A stretch of 64,000 bases of DNA from Candidatus Sumerlaeota bacterium (GTDB taxonomy: Bacteria > Sumerlaeota > Sumerlaeia > Sumerlaeales > Sumerlaeaceae): the NCBI GenBank assembly GCA_026398535.1, contig JAPLSQ010000084.1, positions 2,313 to 66,312 on the forward strand, given 5' to 3'. The position numbers and the translations under genes were made by a program. This document shows positions 1-10,933 of this stretch, piece after piece; the stretch's first letter is position 1; each line of letters opens with the position of its first letter. Under the pieces are notes generated by a model. That model made no database searches. It was not told where the DNA came from and saw only the letters and a program-made list of their open reading frames with translations.

Positions 1-142
1 TCAAAAGCCTTGATCTGATCATTTATTGCATAATATATTACATGGACGATAAAGTTCATACCCAAACAGCGCGGAATCACCGAAAAACGGTCTTTTGCGG
101 AAGCCATCGTTTTATTTCAATTCAATCCTGAAGAAGTTGAAC

Positions 143-1297
143 ATGACGCATTCAACAAAACATTCGATTCGCAATGCCGCATTAATACTCGCTCTGTTGC
201 CGCCAGGCGCATTCCTGCATGCCGTGAGTCTTACACGCGGCCCCTACCTGCAGAATCTGCAGCCAAGCCGGGTCACGATTGTCTGGAAAACGGATATGGC
301 AAGCGACAGTGAAATCGTTTATGGTCCTGCCTCATCCTATGGATTCAAAATCGGTGATCCATCGACCGTGACACAGCACGCGCTCACGATTCCGAACCTC
401 GCAAAGAGCCAAACTTATCATTATAAGGTGAAAAGCGGCGGCGCGGCGTTGACTGGTGATTTGACATTCCGCGCGGGCAAGGATTCGACATTCACCTCGT
501 TCACTTTTGCCGCGATGGGCGACCACCGCTCCAGCCCGCCGGCGCATCTTGCCATCGCGCAGAGGGTCAGGCTGACCGATCTCGAACTGATCCTCGACAC
601 AGGCGATTTGACTAATGATGGCAACAAGGCATCCAACTGGGATCCCCAATTCTTTACGCCTGAAAAGGATGTCATGTCGCGCATCTGTCTTTTCCCCTCG
701 ATTGGCAATCATGATGGCACTGCGCAGAACTATTTGGATTATTTCGTCCTGCCCGCCCAGAGTTCAGGATCTGAGCGTTATTATTCGTTTGATTACGCGA
801 ACGCGCATTACGTCGTGATTGACTCCTACAGCAACTTTTCGCAGGGCAGCGCCCAGCACAACTGGCTGGTCCGCGATCTCGAGGTCAACAAGAACAAGCC
901 GTGGCTGTTTGCGATGATGCACAATCCGCCCTATAGTTCGTCCTCGCACGGCAGCGATCTGCCGACCCGCAACACGCTCTGCCCGCTCTTTGAGGCGGGC
1001 GGCGTGGATGTTGTTTTTTCGGGGCATGACCATGATTATGAGCGCAGTCTCGTCAATGGCGTCCTCTATATCGTCACTGGCGGCGGAGGCGCGCCGCTTT
1101 ACAAGAGCGGCCGCAACAGTTGGACACAGTTCTCCTCCAGCCAGCATCATTTCACTGTTGTCAATGTGGACAACACCACCTGCGCCATACAGGCCGTCGC
1201 ATCCGATGGCGCGGTCATCGACGCCGTTTCGCTTTCCCCTTCAGGCGTGAGGGAATGGCATCGGGAAGCAGACAATAAAACAGAAACGGAGCGATGA
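143..1297 (+). CDS. Secreted purple-acid-phosphatase-like metallophosphoesterase with N-terminal FN3-like domain
   Basis: Signal peptide, RGPYLQ...VTIVWKT N-domain, and calcineurin-like motifs GD, GDL, GNHD, MHNP, SGHDHDYER. ATG at 143 preferred over TTG at 95. Confidence 0.85.
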   Translation: MTHSTKHSIRNAALILALLPPGAFLHAVSLTRGPYLQNLQPSRVTIVWKTDMASDSEIVYGPASSYGFKIGDPSTVTQHALTIPNLAKSQTYHYKVKSGGAALTGDLTFRAGKDSTFTSFTFAAMGDHRSSPPAHLAIAQRVRLTDLELILDTGDLTNDGNKASNWDPQFFTPEKDVMSRICLFPSIGNHDGTAQNYLDYFVLPAQSSGSERYYSFDYANAHYVVIDSYSNFSQGSAQHNWLVRDLEVNKNKPWLFAMMHNPPYSSSSHGSDLPTRNTLCPLFEAGGVDVVFSGHDHDYERSLVNGVLYIVTGGGGAPLYKSGRNSWTQFSSSQHHFTVVNVDNTTCAIQAVASDGAVIDAVSLSPSGVREWHREADNKTETER

Positions 1298-1298
1298 G

Positions 1299-3026
1299 AT
1301 GCGAATGACGCCCCATATCGTGAGAACAGGATGGATTATGTCAGCGTTTGCAATCCTTGGAGCAGCCGGCGCGCCCGGAGATCGGCCTCTTTCAACAACC
1401 ACGGAATTGCGGCAGATCAATGTGATACCGCGTCCGGCGCGCGTGGAGCCGGCCGCCGGTGAATTTATTTTGCGCCCAAAGACCGCGATTTTTGTGACCA
1501 GCGATTCGGCAGAACTCAAACGCGCGGCGGAATATCTCCACGGCCTGCTGGCGCCGGCCACGGGCCGTTCGCTGCCCGTTGCGAACAATCCCGCGAACGA
1601 GCGCGCCAAAGGCATTGTTCTTTCAATGACGGATGCTGATGCCGCGCTTGGCGATGAAGGATATGAGATCCTCGTGACCCCCGAAAACGCGCTCCTGCGG
1701 GCGCCAACGCCAGCGGGCATTTTTTACGCCATGCAGACGCTGCGCCAGCTTCTTCCGACAGAAATCGAATCGGCGCGACGCCCGCGCGGTGTGAAGTGGA
1801 GCATTCCCTGCCTGAGGATCATCGACAAACCCGCCTGCGCATGGAGGGGATTCATGCTCGATTGCAGCCGCCACTTCATGAGCAAGGAATACATCAAGCG
1901 CACCATAGACCTGCTCGCATTCCACAAGCTGAACGTCCTGCACTGGCACTTCATCGACAGCAATGGCTGGCGCATGCAGGTGGACAGCTATCCGAAACTC
2001 ACGCAGATTGGCGCGTGGCGCGGCAAGGCCGCGCGCCGTTACGGCGGTTTCTACACAAAAGACGACATCCGCGAGATAGTCGCCCATGCCAAATCGCGCC
2101 ATGTCATGATTGTGCCTGAGTTCGAGATGCCGGGCCATTCGGACGCCGCGCTGGCGTGTTATCCCGAGCTGTCATGTTCGGGGGAATCCTACAAATTGCC
2201 CGCGGAACCCTTGCCAAACGAGAACCTCAACTATTTCACCAAGCTCAACAGCTCGCGGCCCTTCTGCGCCGGCAAGGACGAGGTTTTCAAGTTTCACGAG
2301 GCGGTGTTCAATGAGGCTGTCGAATTGTTTGACAGTCCTTACGTCCACGTGGGCGGCGATGAACGGCCCAAGGGCGTGTGGGAGAAATGCCCGAAATGCC
2401 AGGCGCGCATGAAAGCCGAAGGATTGAAGGACGAGCATGACCTGCAGAACTGGTTCATGCGGCGCATTTCTGACATCCTTGCGCGCAAGGGAAAACGGGT
2501 CATCAGTTGGGCAGTCACGCGCAGCGATCCTTATCACCCGACGGACATGGACGATCTTGGCAATAATGCTATCATTCAGAACTGGCACGATGGCACGGCT
2601 TTTGCCGCGGGCAAAGGCTGGGATGTTGTCAATGCGCACAACGGCTTCGTCTATTTCGATTACCCGGAATTCAAGGGGATGAACAAGCCAAAGTGGATGC
2701 CGTTGCTGCCGCTGGAGAAGGTGTATTCATTTGAGCCGACGCCCGCCGCCCTCAACACAACCGAAGCCAAGCATATACTGGGCGGCGAGGCATGCCTATG
2801 GACGGAGCTTGTGCCGCAGGACAAGGTTGATGCGCAGATTTTCCCGCGGCTGCTTGCGCTGGCTGAGGCGGTCTGGTCGCCGCGGGAAGGGAAGGATTAT
2901 GCTGACTTTGCGCGCCGTGTCGCGCGGCACGAAGCGCGGCTGGCGCGAATGGGCGTGAAATACGGCAAACCGCCGTTGTGTGCCGTGGGCGTGATCGGCG
3001 ATCATGCCCACAACGAAGATCGGTGA
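1299..3026 (+). CDS. Beta-N-acetylhexosaminidase, GH20 (GH20b + catalytic domain)
   Basis: VIPRP N-domain, WRGFMLDCSRHF, KLNVLHWH, PEFEMPGH, catalytic HVGGDE, LGGEACLWTE, FPRLLALAE. Confidence 0.93.
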   Translation: MRMTPHIVRTGWIMSAFAILGAAGAPGDRPLSTTTELRQINVIPRPARVEPAAGEFILRPKTAIFVTSDSAELKRAAEYLHGLLAPATGRSLPVANNPANERAKGIVLSMTDADAALGDEGYEILVTPENALLRAPTPAGIFYAMQTLRQLLPTEIESARRPRGVKWSIPCLRIIDKPACAWRGFMLDCSRHFMSKEYIKRTIDLLAFHKLNVLHWHFIDSNGWRMQVDSYPKLTQIGAWRGKAARRYGGFYTKDDIREIVAHAKSRHVMIVPEFEMPGHSDAALACYPELSCSGESYKLPAEPLPNENLNYFTKLNSSRPFCAGKDEVFKFHEAVFNEAVELFDSPYVHVGGDERPKGVWEKCPKCQARMKAEGLKDEHDLQNWFMRRISDILARKGKRVISWAVTRSDPYHPTDMDDLGNNAIIQNWHDGTAFAAGKGWDVVNAHNGFVYFDYPEFKGMNKPKWMPLLPLEKVYSFEPTPAALNTTEAKHILGGEACLWTELVPQDKVDAQIFPRLLALAEAVWSPREGKDYADFARRVARHEARLARMGVKYGKPPLCAVGVIGDHAHNEDR

Positions 3027-3041
3027 TCCCGCTTACAACGG
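2973..3041. repeat. REP-like palindromic element overlapping the GH20 3' end
   Basis: GTGGGCGTGATC (2985-2996) pairs with GATCATGCCCAC (3000-3011). Flanks CCGTTGT (2973-2979) and ACAACGG (3035-3041) are complementary. Confidence 0.45.
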
Positions 3042-3068
3042 TCGCGAGCATGACTTGCTCCGTGAAGG

Positions 3069-3210
3069 TTGGAGCATGGCTCCAGCAACGGCCCGCCGCG
3101 CTCCCGGTGCAGGTGGCAAGCTGATCGGGCGGCGCGTTATCTGGATCAGGGGGACAGGATGCGGCTCCGGGGGCGCGGGTGTTGCCGAGTACGGCCGTAT
3201 ATAGCTCCAA
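3069..3210 (+). ncRNA. Candidate rod-shaped structured RNA or decayed MITE between convergent genes
   Basis: Nested helices TTGGAGC/GCTCCAA, ATGGCT/GGCCGT, GCAAC/GTTGC, 12 bp CCGCGCTCCCGG/CCGGGGGCGCGG and CTGATC/GATCAG. G-U pairs favour the + strand. Confidence 0.3.
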
Positions 3211-3244
3211 TAGCAAAACCGTCACCGGGGGCAAATACCCCCCG

Positions 3245-4327
3245 TTACCCCCCGCTCGCTTCGTACGATCCCAGTTTCCTGGCAAGAGCGATGATCCGGC
3301 GGAAATCCTCAAGACTGACGCTGGACGGCACGGAATGATCCGAGGAGAAAATGTATCCACCGCCCTGTTTCATGACGGGGATGACGCGCTCCATCTCGGC
3401 CTGGATCAATTCCGGCTGGTCCCACAACACCGCGTTGATTCCGCCGTGCAAAACAAGCTCTTTGCCATATTTGAGTTTGAGGGCGATGGGATCCATGCCG
3501 GCCTTGACCTCAAGAGGATTGAGCGCGTCGAGGCCGATGCCGATGAGCTCGGGCACGAACGGATTGACGTCACCGCACGAATGCAGTCGCGTCTTGACGC
3601 CCTTGGCGCGCGCCCAGTCGATGGCGCGTTTGTGGAAAGGCTTGAGCAGTTCGCGGTACATCTCCACCGAAAAAAACTGGTGATGTTTGTAACCCATGTC
3701 GTCGGGCCAGAAAACGCTGTCAAACTGGTAGCCGGCGTCCCAGACCATATCGAGCAGGGCGATGTTGACCTCCAGCAGGTGGGAGAACATGTCCATGCAC
3801 CACTCGGGATCGTCGACAAGCGCATAGAGCAGGCGCTCCGAGCCGACCATCCACGAGTGCGTGACATCGAAGCCGAACCAAAGAAGCGCCTCGGTCCAGC
3901 AGCCCCGCTCCCTCCAGCCGCGGTAGTTGCGATCCAGATAGTTCCAGTCGATGCGGTCGCGCGAAGGCACGATGCGCGCTTTTGCATCCCGCCAGGTTTC
4001 GGGTGACACCACGGTATGGTTCAGGAATTCGGGAGTCGATGCGGCATGCTTGAAGTTTCTGATTGTCGTTCCCCAAGCGGTCGTCTGGGTGATATACTCG
4101 CCGGTTTCCTCGACCACGCTGACGGGATATCGCGGCGAATTGTCCGCGGAAATCCCCCCTATGTGGTCAAGGCCGAAGAAATCCACATAACTCACATCGC
4201 TGGGAAGTCCCTCTTTCTGCCACCGCTCGATTGTCGCCGCCCATGGGCCGTCAATCACGGGCACACGGTCAGCCTCCCTGTGCTCAAACATGCGCGCAAA
4301 CCGCTCGCGGCTTGTCATCTCAACCAT
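3245..4327 (-). CDS. Uroporphyrinogen decarboxylase (URO-D/MtaA-like) family protein
   Basis: MTSRERF...DRVP start, WPDDMG, LHSCG, LHGGI, GGYIFSSDHSVP. ATG at 4327. Confidence 0.85.
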   Translation of the reverse strand: MVEMTSRERFARMFEHREADRVPVIDGPWAATIERWQKEGLPSDVSYVDFFGLDHIGGISADNSPRYPVSVVEETGEYITQTTAWGTTIRNFKHAASTPEFLNHTVVSPETWRDAKARIVPSRDRIDWNYLDRNYRGWRERGCWTEALLWFGFDVTHSWMVGSERLLYALVDDPEWCMDMFSHLLEVNIALLDMVWDAGYQFDSVFWPDDMGYKHHQFFSVEMYRELLKPFHKRAIDWARAKGVKTRLHSCGDVNPFVPELIGIGLDALNPLEVKAGMDPIALKLKYGKELVLHGGINAVLWDQPELIQAEMERVIPVMKQGGGYIFSSDHSVPSSVSLEDFRRIIALARKLGSYEASGG

Positions 4328-4349
4328 ATTTGTGACCTTTCGTGCGGAT

Positions 4350-4386
4350 AAAAAAAGAAAGGCGCGGGACACACACGCCCCGCGCC
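4350..4386 (-). terminator. Intrinsic terminator downstream of the glycine-zipper gene
   Basis: GGCGCGGG (4361-4368) / CCCGCGCC (4379-4386) stem followed on the minus strand by TTTCTTTTTTT. Confidence 0.7.
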
Positions 4387-4415
4387 TGATATTTTCAACC
4401 AGATGGTTTTACTGG

Positions 4416-4709
4416 TTACTTCTCAATGGTCTTTTTGCAGGGCATGGGCGGGGGAATCGCGCATGGGGCTGGCGGGCATGGTTTGGGCGACATGGAATCC
4501 GCAATGAGCGCTCCGGTTGCCGCGCCGACTGCGGCGCCAATGCCAGCGCCCTTGAGCGTGGCCGTGCCATGTGTGACGGACGCCCCGATGAGCGCGCCAG
4601 CGGCGCCACCCACCAAAGATCCCATTAACGCTCCCTGCTGAACAGGCGTGCAAGAGCAACCTGCCAACAACGCCGCGATAACGAATAAACCCAGTATCTT
4701 CATCGTCAT
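4416..4709 (-). CDS. Small glycine-zipper lipoprotein
   Basis: Lipobox LLAGC, GxxxG zippers (GALMGSLVGGAAGALIG; GAGIGAAVGAATGALIA), Pro/Cys-rich tail. Confidence 0.75.
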   Translation of the reverse strand: MTMKILGLFVIAALLAGCSCTPVQQGALMGSLVGGAAGALIGASVTHGTATLKGAGIGAAVGAATGALIADSMSPKPCPPAPCAIPPPMPCKKTIEK

Positions 4710-4824
4710 TCTCCTAACCTTTGTTATTCTCGAAACTTTTCGATTTTTACAATGAGCGATTGGATTAATGCAAAGAAAAATTTCATAAATCCAGCATTAT
4801 TTTTCAGTTATTTTTATGCAATTA

Positions 4825-5925
<1,101 letters not shown>

Positions 5926-6003
5926 GGATGAATCATGAAAACCAGCATGCTTTCGCTGCCGTGTGAAAGGCTGCGACGCAGACGCATGCCCCGCGCACGC
6001 ATG

Positions 6004-7020
6004 TCAGGGTTTGGCGCGATAGAGTTCCGGATTGAAGCTTGTGACGGCGCGCATATACTGCACGCGCTCATAAGCTGTCGGATCGGCGCAATTCACCTGG
6101 CTCATGCTTCCCCGCATTTGCTCGACGGACTCATACTCGTGGCTTTCCATCCAGTCGTGCAGCCCCTGTTCAAGGTCGCGCATGTGGTTGATGCCATAGC
6201 GCAGCAGCACCGAGCAGACTTCCGTGACGCTTGCGCCGGCAAGCAACATTTTCACCATGTCCTCGGGTTTGTGGATGCCGCTTGTGGCGGCGAGGCTGGC
6301 GTTGACGCGCCCGTAAAGAATCGCGATCCAGCGCAACGGCAGGCGCATCGCCTGGGGCGTGCTGAGCAGAACATTGGGCCGCACTTCAAGCGTCTCCAGA
6401 TCAACATCCGGCTGGTAGAAACGGTTGAACAGCGTGAGGCCGTCGGCGCCCGCATCGTCGAGTTTCCTGGCCATGTTGGCCAGGTTGCTGAAGAAGGGGC
6501 TGATTTTGACGGAAACGGGGATGGTGACGGCGGCCTTCACCGCCTTCACCACTTCGATGTACTGGTCTTCGATCTGTGAACCCGGCAAGTCCAGGTCCGT
6601 GGGGATGTTGTAAATGTTCAGCTCGACGGCGTCAGCTCCGGCCTGCTGAATCTGCTTGGCGAAGCTTGTCCAGCCGCCAGCGGTCGAGCCGTTGAGGCTG
6701 CCAATCACCGGGATGCCGACGGATTCCCTGGCTTTCTGCAAGTGCTTGAGGTATCCTTCGGGACCGAGTTCAAACTGGGCCGGCTCGGGGAAATAGCTCT
6801 GGGCCTCGGCGAAGCTTTCCGTTCCCTCGGTAAGGTGGTGGAAAAGCTCCAGTTTTTCCTGTGTGAGCTGTTCCTCGAAAACTGAATAGATGACGATGGC
6901 GGCGGCGCCGGCGTCCTCCATGCGTTTGATGCTGTCAATGTCGTCGCTCAGCGGCTGCGCCGCGGAGGGCACCAGCGGCGAGCGAAGCTTGAGTCCCATG
7001 TATGTGGTTGTAAGGTTCAT
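6004..7020 (-). CDS. Dihydroorotate dehydrogenase-like flavoprotein (PFOR-associated type)
   Basis: LTTTYMGLKLRSP, PVIGSLNG, IPVSVKISPFF, LFNRFYQPD. The SCPN catalytic Cys motif is replaced by ELNIYN. Confidence 0.85.
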   Translation of the reverse strand: MNLTTTYMGLKLRSPLVPSAAQPLSDDIDSIKRMEDAGAAAIVIYSVFEEQLTQEKLELFHHLTEGTESFAEAQSYFPEPAQFELGPEGYLKHLQKARESVGIPVIGSLNGSTAGGWTSFAKQIQQAGADAVELNIYNIPTDLDLPGSQIEDQYIEVVKAVKAAVTIPVSVKISPFFSNLANMARKLDDAGADGLTLFNRFYQPDVDLETLEVRPNVLLSTPQAMRLPLRWIAILYGRVNASLAATSGIHKPEDMVKMLLAGASVTEVCSVLLRYGINHMRDLEQGLHDWMESHEYESVEQMRGSMSQVNCADPTAYERVQYMRAVTSFNPELYRAKP

Positions 7021-7057
7021 TTGGTGTGCTCCATCTCCATGCGTGTTATCGGTCAGT

Positions 7058-10000
7058 TCACTTGGATTCTGTTGCTTCGCCGGCGCCGTCTAACTTGCGC
7101 GCCGCCATGTATTCATAGAATGCGTAACGCGTTGTTGCGTCTTCCTGTGCCAGCTTGAAAAGCAGGCGGGCGTGGTCGGGGTTGCTCTTGGTGAGCATCT
7201 TGAAGCGATTCTCGCGCATCAGGTACTGCTCGACGGGCACTTTCGGGGCGCGTGAATCCAGCTTGAGCGGATTTTCGCCCTTTTCCGCCAGTTCGGGATT
7301 GTAGCGGTAGAGCAGCCATTGTCCGCTGTCGACCGCGAGTTTCTGCTCCTGCATGCCTTGGACCATGTTGATGCCATGGGCAATGCAGTGGCTGTAGCAG
7401 ATGAGCAGCGAGGGGCCGTCGTAGGCTTCGGCTTCGATGAAGGACTTGAGCGTGTGATCATCGCGCGCCCCCATGGCCGCGCTGGCCACGTAGACGTTGC
7501 CGTAGCTCATGGCGATGAGGCCGAGGTCTTTTTTGCGCCCGGGCCGTCCGCCCGCCGCGAACTTGGCCACCGCGCCGCGCGGCGTGGCCTTCGACATTTG
7601 GCCGCCGGTGTTCGAGTAAACCTCGGTGTCAAGCACGAGGACATTCACGTTGCGCCCGCTGGCCAGAACATGATCGAGACCGCCGAAACCGATGTCGTAG
7701 GCCCAGCCGTCGCCGCCGATGATCCACACGCTTTTCTTCACGAGATAGTCGGCGATGCTGAGAAGCTGTTTGGCCTGCTCGGAATCGGTTCCGCGCAGTT
7801 TGTCCTTGAGCGCGGCGACACGCTCGCGCTGGTCGAAGATGTCAGCCTCGGTTTTCTGCGTGCTTTCCAGGATGGACTTGACCAGTTCGTCACCGATCTG
7901 TCCTGACATTTGCCGCAGGAGCGCCTTTGCGTAATCGTTTAGTTTGTCGATGGTCAGGCGGAATCCCAAGCCGAATTCGGCATTGTCCTCAAACAGAGAG
8001 TTTGACCAAGCCGGGCCGCGCCCCTCGCCGTTGTGTGACCATGGGGTTGTGGGCAGGTTACCGCCGTAAATCGAGGAGCAACCTGTCGCGTTTCCGCAGA
8101 CCATGCGGTCGCCGAAGAGCTGTGTGGCAAGTTTCAGGTAGGGCGTTTCGCCGCATCCGGCGCAGGCGCTCGAGAAGACAAAGAGCGGTTCCTGCATCTG
8201 CTGTGTGCGGATGAGCGACGGATTGAGTTTGCGGCGGTCGGGATTGGGGATTTTCTCAAAGAACTCCCAATTCTCCCGCTCGCTCTCGCGCAACGGCGGC
8301 TGGGGCGCCATGTTGATGGCCTTGAGCCGCACTTCCTTCTTGTTTTTGGCCGGACAGAAGTCCACGCAAACGCCGCACCCCGTGCAGTCCTCAGGCGCCA
8401 CTTGAATGGTGAACTTGAGCCCCTTGAGGTCGCGATCCTTGAAATCGCAGGATTTGAACGTTGGCGGCGCATCCTTGAGCAACGCAGGATCGTAGATCTT
8501 GGCGCGTATTGTCGCGTGCGGGCAGACGATCGAGCACTTGTTGCACTGGATGCAGACTTCCGAATCCCACACGGGGATTTCGAGCGCGATGTTGCGCTTT
8601 TCGTACTGGCAGGTTCCTGTGGGGAATGTGCCGTCGCACGGCATCTTGCTCACAGGCACATCGTCGCCCAAATTGCGGAGCATTGTTCCCAGAACATCAT
8701 GGACGAATTTCGGCGCGTCGCCATGAATCGGGTCGGGAATTTCCAGCGTGCTGGTGACTTTGCCGGGCACGGCAACCTCGTGAAGATTGGCCAGCGTGTT
8801 GTCCACGGCCTTGAGGTTCATCCGCACGATTTCCTCGCCCTTCCTGCCGTAAGTGTCGATGATGGATTGCTTGATCTGCTCGATGGCCTCCTCGCGGGGA
8901 AGAACGCCGGAGATGCCGAAGAAGCAGACCTGCATGACCGTGTTGATGCGGCCGCCCATGCCGCTCTCGCGGGCGACCTTGAACGCGTCGATGACGAAGA
9001 AGCGAAGTTTCTTTGCGATCATGTCTTCCTGAACCTTGCGCGGCAGCGTGTCCCACACCTTGTCGGGCGGCGCGGACGTGTTAAGCAGGAAAACGCCGCC
9101 CAGTTTGGCGGCTTTGAGCATGTCATAGCGCTCGAGGAACACCGTCTGGTGACAGGCCACAAAATTGGAGCTGCCTATCAGGTAAGTGGAGCGTATTTGA
9201 TCGGGGCCAAAACGCAGGTGCGACACGGTGACAGCACCAGCTTTTTTCGAGTCGTAGACGAAATAGCCCTGCGCGTAGTTGTCGGTGTTTTCGCCGATGA
9301 TCTTTATCGAGTTCTTGTTGGCGCCCACGGTGCCGTCTGACCCGAGTCCATAGAACATCGCGCGCACAACGCTGTCAGGTTCGGTGGAGAATTCCGGATC
9401 AACCGGCAGGCTCGTGTGCGAAAGATCGTCGTTGATGCCAACGGTGAAATGGTTTTTCGGTTTTGCGGCGGCAAGGTTGTCAAAAACGGCTTTGACCATG
9501 GCCGGGGTAAATTCCTTGGAAGACAGGCCGTAGCGCCCGCCGACAATTTTCGGAAATTCGCTGAACGCTCCCCATCCGCTGTCCATCGCCTCGTGGATGG
9601 CATGCACAGTGTCGAGGTGAAGCGGTTCACCCGCCGAACCGGGTTCCTTTGTGCGGTCGAGCACGGCGATGGTTTTCGTTGTGGCGGGGAAGGCTTCGGT
9701 GAAGCTTTTGATGTCGAGGGGGCGATAGAGACGCACTTTGATGAGGCCGACTTTTTCACCTTGCGCGTTGAGATGCTCAACGGCCTCATGGGCAGCCTCG
9801 CAGCCTGAACTCATCAGGACGATGACGCGCTCGGCGTCGGGCGCGCCCACGTAATCGAACAGATTATAGCGGCGGCCGGTGAGGCCGGCAAACTTGTCCA
9901 TGGCCTGCTGCACCTTGGCCGGACAGGCTGAATAGAAGGGATTGACCGTTTCGCGCGCCTGGAAATACACATCGGGGTTTTGCGCGGAACCGCGAAGCAC

Positions 10001-10639
10001 GGGATGATCGGGCGACATGGCGCGCTGGCGGTGTTCACGCACCCGCTCCATGTTGATCATCGCGCGCATGACGTCTTCAGGAAGTATCTCGATTTTGGAT
10101 ACTTCGTGGGAAGTGCGAAATCCGTCAAAGAAGTGCAACAGCGGGATGCGCGCTTCGAGCGTGGCGGCGCTGGAGATCAGCGCGAAGTCATGAGCTTCCT
10201 GCACCGAAGCCGAGCTCAGAAGGCCAAACCCCGTGGCGCGGGTGGACATGACATCCTGGTGATCGCCGAAGATCGACAGCGCCTGCGCGGCGATTGCGCG
10301 CGCGGCAATGTGGAAAACCGCCGGGGTCAGCTCGCCCGCGATCTTGTACATATTGGGGATCATGAGTAAAAGCCCCTGTGATGACGTGAATGTCGTGGCC
10401 AGGGCGCCGGTCTGCAGCGCGCCGTGGATGGCGCCCGCCGCTCCGCCTTCGCTCTGCATCTCGACCACCGAGGGAGTGGTTCCCCAGATGTTTTTCTTGT
10501 CTTCGCTCATCCACTGGTCGGCCCACTCGCCCATGTTTGATGATGGCGTGATGGGGTAAATGGCGATCACTTCATTCACGCGGTACGCCACATAAGCAAC
10601 CGCTTCGTTGCCGTCCAGCGTTTTAAACACTCGCTTCAT
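7058..10639 (-). CDS. nifJ: Pyruvate:ferredoxin (flavodoxin) oxidoreductase
   Basis: YPITPSS, MQSEGGAAG, GLGSDGTVGANK, two ferredoxin motifs (CIQCNKC, CTGCGVC), ACAGCGETPY, GGDGWAYDIG, YSNTGGQ. Confidence 0.97.
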   Translation of the reverse strand: MKRVFKTLDGNEAVAYVAYRVNEVIAIYPITPSSNMGEWADQWMSEDKKNIWGTTPSVVEMQSEGGAAGAIHGALQTGALATTFTSSQGLLLMIPNMYKIAGELTPAVFHIAARAIAAQALSIFGDHQDVMSTRATGFGLLSSASVQEAHDFALISSAATLEARIPLLHFFDGFRTSHEVSKIEILPEDVMRAMINMERVREHRQRAMSPDHPVLRGSAQNPDVYFQARETVNPFYSACPAKVQQAMDKFAGLTGRRYNLFDYVGAPDAERVIVLMSSGCEAAHEAVEHLNAQGEKVGLIKVRLYRPLDIKSFTEAFPATTKTIAVLDRTKEPGSAGEPLHLDTVHAIHEAMDSGWGAFSEFPKIVGGRYGLSSKEFTPAMVKAVFDNLAAAKPKNHFTVGINDDLSHTSLPVDPEFSTEPDSVVRAMFYGLGSDGTVGANKNSIKIIGENTDNYAQGYFVYDSKKAGAVTVSHLRFGPDQIRSTYLIGSSNFVACHQTVFLERYDMLKAAKLGGVFLLNTSAPPDKVWDTLPRKVQEDMIAKKLRFFVIDAFKVARESGMGGRINTVMQVCFFGISGVLPREEAIEQIKQSIIDTYGRKGEEIVRMNLKAVDNTLANLHEVAVPGKVTSTLEIPDPIHGDAPKFVHDVLGTMLRNLGDDVPVSKMPCDGTFPTGTCQYEKRNIALEIPVWDSEVCIQCNKCSIVCPHATIRAKIYDPALLKDAPPTFKSCDFKDRDLKGLKFTIQVAPEDCTGCGVCVDFCPAKNKKEVRLKAINMAPQPPLRESERENWEFFEKIPNPDRRKLNPSLIRTQQMQEPLFVFSSACAGCGETPYLKLATQLFGDRMVCGNATGCSSIYGGNLPTTPWSHNGEGRGPAWSNSLFEDNAEFGLGFRLTIDKLNDYAKALLRQMSGQIGDELVKSILESTQKTEADIFDQRERVAALKDKLRGTDSEQAKQLLSIADYLVKKSVWIIGGDGWAYDIGFGGLDHVLASGRNVNVLVLDTEVYSNTGGQMSKATPRGAVAKFAAGGRPGRKKDLGLIAMSYGNVYVASAAMGARDDHTLKSFIEAEAYDGPSLLICYSHCIAHGINMVQGMQEQKLAVDSGQWLLYRYNPELAEKGENPLKLDSRAPKVPVEQYLMRENRFKMLTKSNPDHARLLFKLAQEDATTRYAFYEYMAARKLDGAGEATESK

Positions 10640-10880
10640 TTTGGAGCTCTCCTAACTCATCTATGGATTTCAAATATTCAAAAACTTCGTTGGCCTCGGT
10701 TTCGTCGAGCGTGCTGATCGCCAGCCCGACGTGGACGATGACATAATCGCCCGCCTTGGCGTGCGGCACACAGGAGAGGTTGACCTCCTTGACGATACCG
10801 CCAAAACTCACCCGGCCGGTGCGCGTGATGTCGTCACCGCCGGCAATACTTAATATCTTTCCTGGCACCGCGAGACACAT
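10623..10880 (-). CDS. hypC: Hydrogenase maturation chaperone HypC
   Basis: MCLAVPGK N-terminus, GDYVIVHVGLAI. Confidence 0.96.
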   Translation of the reverse strand: MCLAVPGKILSIAGGDDITRTGRVSFGGIVKEVNLSCVPHAKAGDYVIVHVGLAISTLDETEANEVFEYLKSIDELGELQNEASV

Positions 10881-10890
10881 GACAAATCAT

Positions 10891-10915
10891 TTCCTGTTTC
10901 CTTATGAAACAGGAA
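10891..10915 (-). promoter_or_regulatory. Perfect hairpin occluding the putative hypC ribosome-binding site
   Basis: TTCCTGTTTC-N5-GAAACAGGAA. On the mRNA the 3' arm contains AGGA, 11 nt before the hypC ATG. Confidence 0.4.
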
Positions 10916-10933
10916 GAACCCGTAAAATTCGCC

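Noticed and set aside
3190-3255. Resemblance to group II intron domains V/VI (GCCGTAT...GGGGGCAAATACCCCC)
   Set aside because: A domain V helix cannot be formed and there is no RT; more likely a simple hairpin at convergent gene ends.
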